The position numbers and the translations under genes were made by a program. Below are positions 28,849-30,715 of a stretch of DNA of 30,715 bases, piece by piece. Origin of the DNA: an uncultured Akkermansia sp. (GTDB taxonomy: Bacteria > Verrucomicrobiota > Verrucomicrobiia > Limisphaerales > BJHT01); contig CAZUUP010000006.1 in the NCBI GenBank assembly GCA_964623105.1, forward strand, positions 1 through 30,715. Reading direction: 5' to 3'. The notes under the pieces were generated by a model that was not told the origin of the DNA, did not search any database, and was given only the letters and a program-made list of their open reading frames with translations. Within the stretch, counting starts at the first letter, position 1; every line of letters starts with the position of its first letter.

Positions 28849-30104
28849 AAATCCTGACCCTTTCCAACCTCTATCCTCCCCACTACGTCGGCGGTTACGA
28901 ACTGCGCTGTGCCGCCACCGTCAACGCCCTGCGCGCCCGCGGTCACGAGGTGAACGTCCTCACCTCCAATCACGGCGTCGAGGCCGCCGCGTCCGCGCAG
29001 GCTGAAGACGGCGTCGCGCGAACACTCCGCATCCACGGCTTCTTTGGCCATCCCTGGCTCAACATCTGGCGGCTGCGCAAACTCGAACTGCACAACAACC
29101 GCGTGTTGCGCGCGGCCGTGGCGCAATTCCGCCCGGACGTGGTTCACGTCTGGAACCTCGGCGGCCTCTCGAAATCCCTCTGCCTCACCTTGCAGGAATT
29201 GGGCGTGCCGACCGTTTACGACGTCTCGGATCACTGGATCGCCCGGAGCCTCGTGGCCGATGTCTGGCTCGACTGGTGGAACCGTCCGCAGCCTTCGCTG
29301 CCCGCGCGCCTCCTGCGCGCTCTCTGGCGCGCGACCGGTGCGCAGGCGCGCTGGAGCGCCGTGGCCCCCACCGGCCCGGCTGGGTCCGTCCGATTTTCGC
29401 GGCTCTACTTTTGCAGCCGCGCGCTCCGCGAATTCACCGCCGCCCGCGGCCATGCCGTCGGTCACGGCGCTATCATCCACTGTCCGGTGGACACCGCGCG
29501 TTTCTCCGGAGAGCCCGCGCCCGCGTCGCACGACTTGCGCCGGTTCCTCTACGTCGGCCGCCTGGCCGACGACAAGGGCGTCATGACCGCCCTGCGCGCC
29601 GTGGCCGCGATGGGGGAACGTTTCACCGGCGAATTGAGCATCTACGGACACGGCGATCCCGCCTACACCCGGAACCTCAAGGACTTCGTCGCCCGCCACC
29701 GGCTGCCGGTCTCCTTCCACACCGCCAACGCAGCCGAGATGCCCGACGTCTATCGCGCACACGATGCGCTGCTGTTCACGTCGGAATGGGAGGAACCCTT
29801 CGCGCTCACGCCGATCGAGGCCATGGCCAGCGGCCTGCCCGTCATCGGCACCACGACCGGTGGCAGCAAGGAACTTTTCCACCACGGCGTCAATGCCCTG
29901 ACCTACACCGCCGGCAACGCCACCGAACTCGCCTCCCGGATCACGGATCTGATGGCCAACCCCGCCCGGCGCGCACGGATCGCCGCCAACGGCCAAACCG
30001 AGGTCTGCAAACGCTTTCCCCAAAAGGCCATCATCGACCAGATCGAACGCTACCTCCTCGCCAGCCTTCCCGCCCAACCACGCCCCGCGCCCGCCCTGGT
30101 GTGA
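28845..30104 (+). CDS. Glycosyltransferase family 4 (419 aa)
   Basis: NLYPPHYVGGYE, DVVHVWN, YVGRLADDKG and E-x7-E in EEPFALTPIEAM. Confidence 0.92.
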   Translation: MKILTLSNLYPPHYVGGYELRCAATVNALRARGHEVNVLTSNHGVEAAASAQAEDGVARTLRIHGFFGHPWLNIWRLRKLELHNNRVLRAAVAQFRPDVVHVWNLGGLSKSLCLTLQELGVPTVYDVSDHWIARSLVADVWLDWWNRPQPSLPARLLRALWRATGAQARWSAVAPTGPAGSVRFSRLYFCSRALREFTAARGHAVGHGAIIHCPVDTARFSGEPAPASHDLRRFLYVGRLADDKGVMTALRAVAAMGERFTGELSIYGHGDPAYTRNLKDFVARHRLPVSFHTANAAEMPDVYRAHDALLFTSEWEEPFALTPIEAMASGLPVIGTTTGGSKELFHHGVNALTYTAGNATELASRITDLMANPARRARIAANGQTEVCKRFPQKAIIDQIERYLLASLPAQPRPAPALV

Positions 30105-30116
30105 CTCCCCTGCTCC

Positions 30117-30392
30117 CTATCGCACCTCGCGGACGAGCCAAGCTCCGCCCAAGCATCCGTAGATCCATGAAACAACGAACCGGCTTGCTCCAACACGCGA
30201 CAGGCTCTTTTTGGGAGCGGATGGCGCCTTGAGCAGCCCCACCAAGGGATTGAAAACCACATTCAGAAATCCGGAGAGCACCATCAGCCGCAGGATGTGC
30301 CGGAGGGAGAACAACACTTGCAGCAGCCCGTTGGGAATTCTGGCTTTCCAGGAAATGATCCACGCGCTTCCCAGAGCCAGCAGGCCGTTCAT
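30117..30392 (-). CDS. Putative small hydrophobic protein (91 aa)
   Basis: AGGAGG lies 7 nt before an ATG. The ORF has 2-3 hydrophobic stretches and a Q/H/E-rich antisense shadow. No family recognised. Confidence 0.3.
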   Translation of the reverse strand: MNGLLALGSAWIISWKARIPNGLLQVLFSLRHILRLMVLSGFLNVVFNPLVGLLKAPSAPKKSLSRVGASRFVVSWIYGCLGGAWLVREVR

Positions 30393-30598
30393 GAACACCC
30401 CTCCTGTGCAGGCACCGGAGTCCATCGGAAGGCTATGAAAATTGTTGGTCACCGTGACGCTCACGGCGGCACCGGCAAACGACGAACTCCGAAACACCAG
30501 ATTTCTCGCGGGCCGGCACCGGCGCTGAAACATCAACCCAAAAAACGGCAGCGGAGAACGCGCTCCGCCGCACTTTTCGACCGCCGTTTACACCGTTC

Positions 30599-30630
30599 GC
30601 CGCAAAAAGGCGCAGAAGCCGCAAAAAAAG
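30599..30630 (+). repeat. Short (GC/CC)GCA-purine-rich iterated repeat next to a REP
   Basis: gccgcaaaaag-gcgcagaa-gccgcaaaaaaag. A related gccgcagaag occurs at 7590 and, inverted, at 7646. Confidence 0.45.
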
Positions 30631-30660
30631 GTAGGGCGCGTCTGTCCCCAGCGCGCCGCA
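30630..30660 (+). repeat. Third, diverged REP copy
   Basis: GGTAGGGCGCGTCTGTCCCCAGCGCGCCGCA has the same GTAG-plus-hairpin layout as 7796-7825, with stem changes that preserve pairing. Confidence 0.75.
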
Positions 30661-30715
30661 CGCGCTCCGTTCACCAAAGCTGCCAGTTCCAAGAACCGCC
30701 CCCGCCCCCAAACTG

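Noticed and set aside
30551-30568. GCGGAG-N6-CTCCGC hairpin flanked by A and T runs (possible terminator)
   Set aside because: The stem is short and the T run is not adjacent to it.
30433-30711. 92-aa minus-strand ORF containing FLRLLRLFAA
   Set aside because: It is a translation of the REP and GCGCAAAA repeats, not a credible protein.

Overview
GC-rich (about 70% by eye) bacterial window. The REP-type repeats, SD-poor starts and exosortase system suggest Verrucomicrobiota, but that is inference. Almost the whole window is one cell-surface glycan locus with 25 well-supported CDSs. Left arm (minus, 309-4490): a secreted protein ending in a variant PEP-CTERM-like sorting signal (APTP-TM-RR), a membrane-anchored helical protein, an exosortase with an intact Cys/Arg/His triad, and a GT2. 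Right arm (plus, 4653-30104): a sigma54 enhancer-binding protein with a degenerate receiver domain, an O-antigen-ligase/Wzy-like protein, 4 GT4s, a GT2, a priming phosphoglycosyl transferase, a Wzx flippase and tailoring enzymes (2 FkbM methyltransferases, an AP-superfamily phosphodiesterase, a deacetylase). Two signalling modules are embedded in this arm. One is H-NOX plus an H-NOBA/PAS/GAF hybrid kinase, a REC protein and a REC-HK-REC-HPt kinase. The other is STAS plus an RsbW-GAF-PP2C fusion and a REC protein. Up to three sigma54 promoters and a recurring TTGCA-N-TGCAA palindrome, partly phased at 16 bp and once inside a coding region, suggest one regulon. The most interesting reading is a self-contained NO-sensing circuit, resembling the Vibrio fischeri Syp biofilm system, wired to an exosortase and glycosylation system. 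All calls come from motif recognition by eye; no database searches were run.
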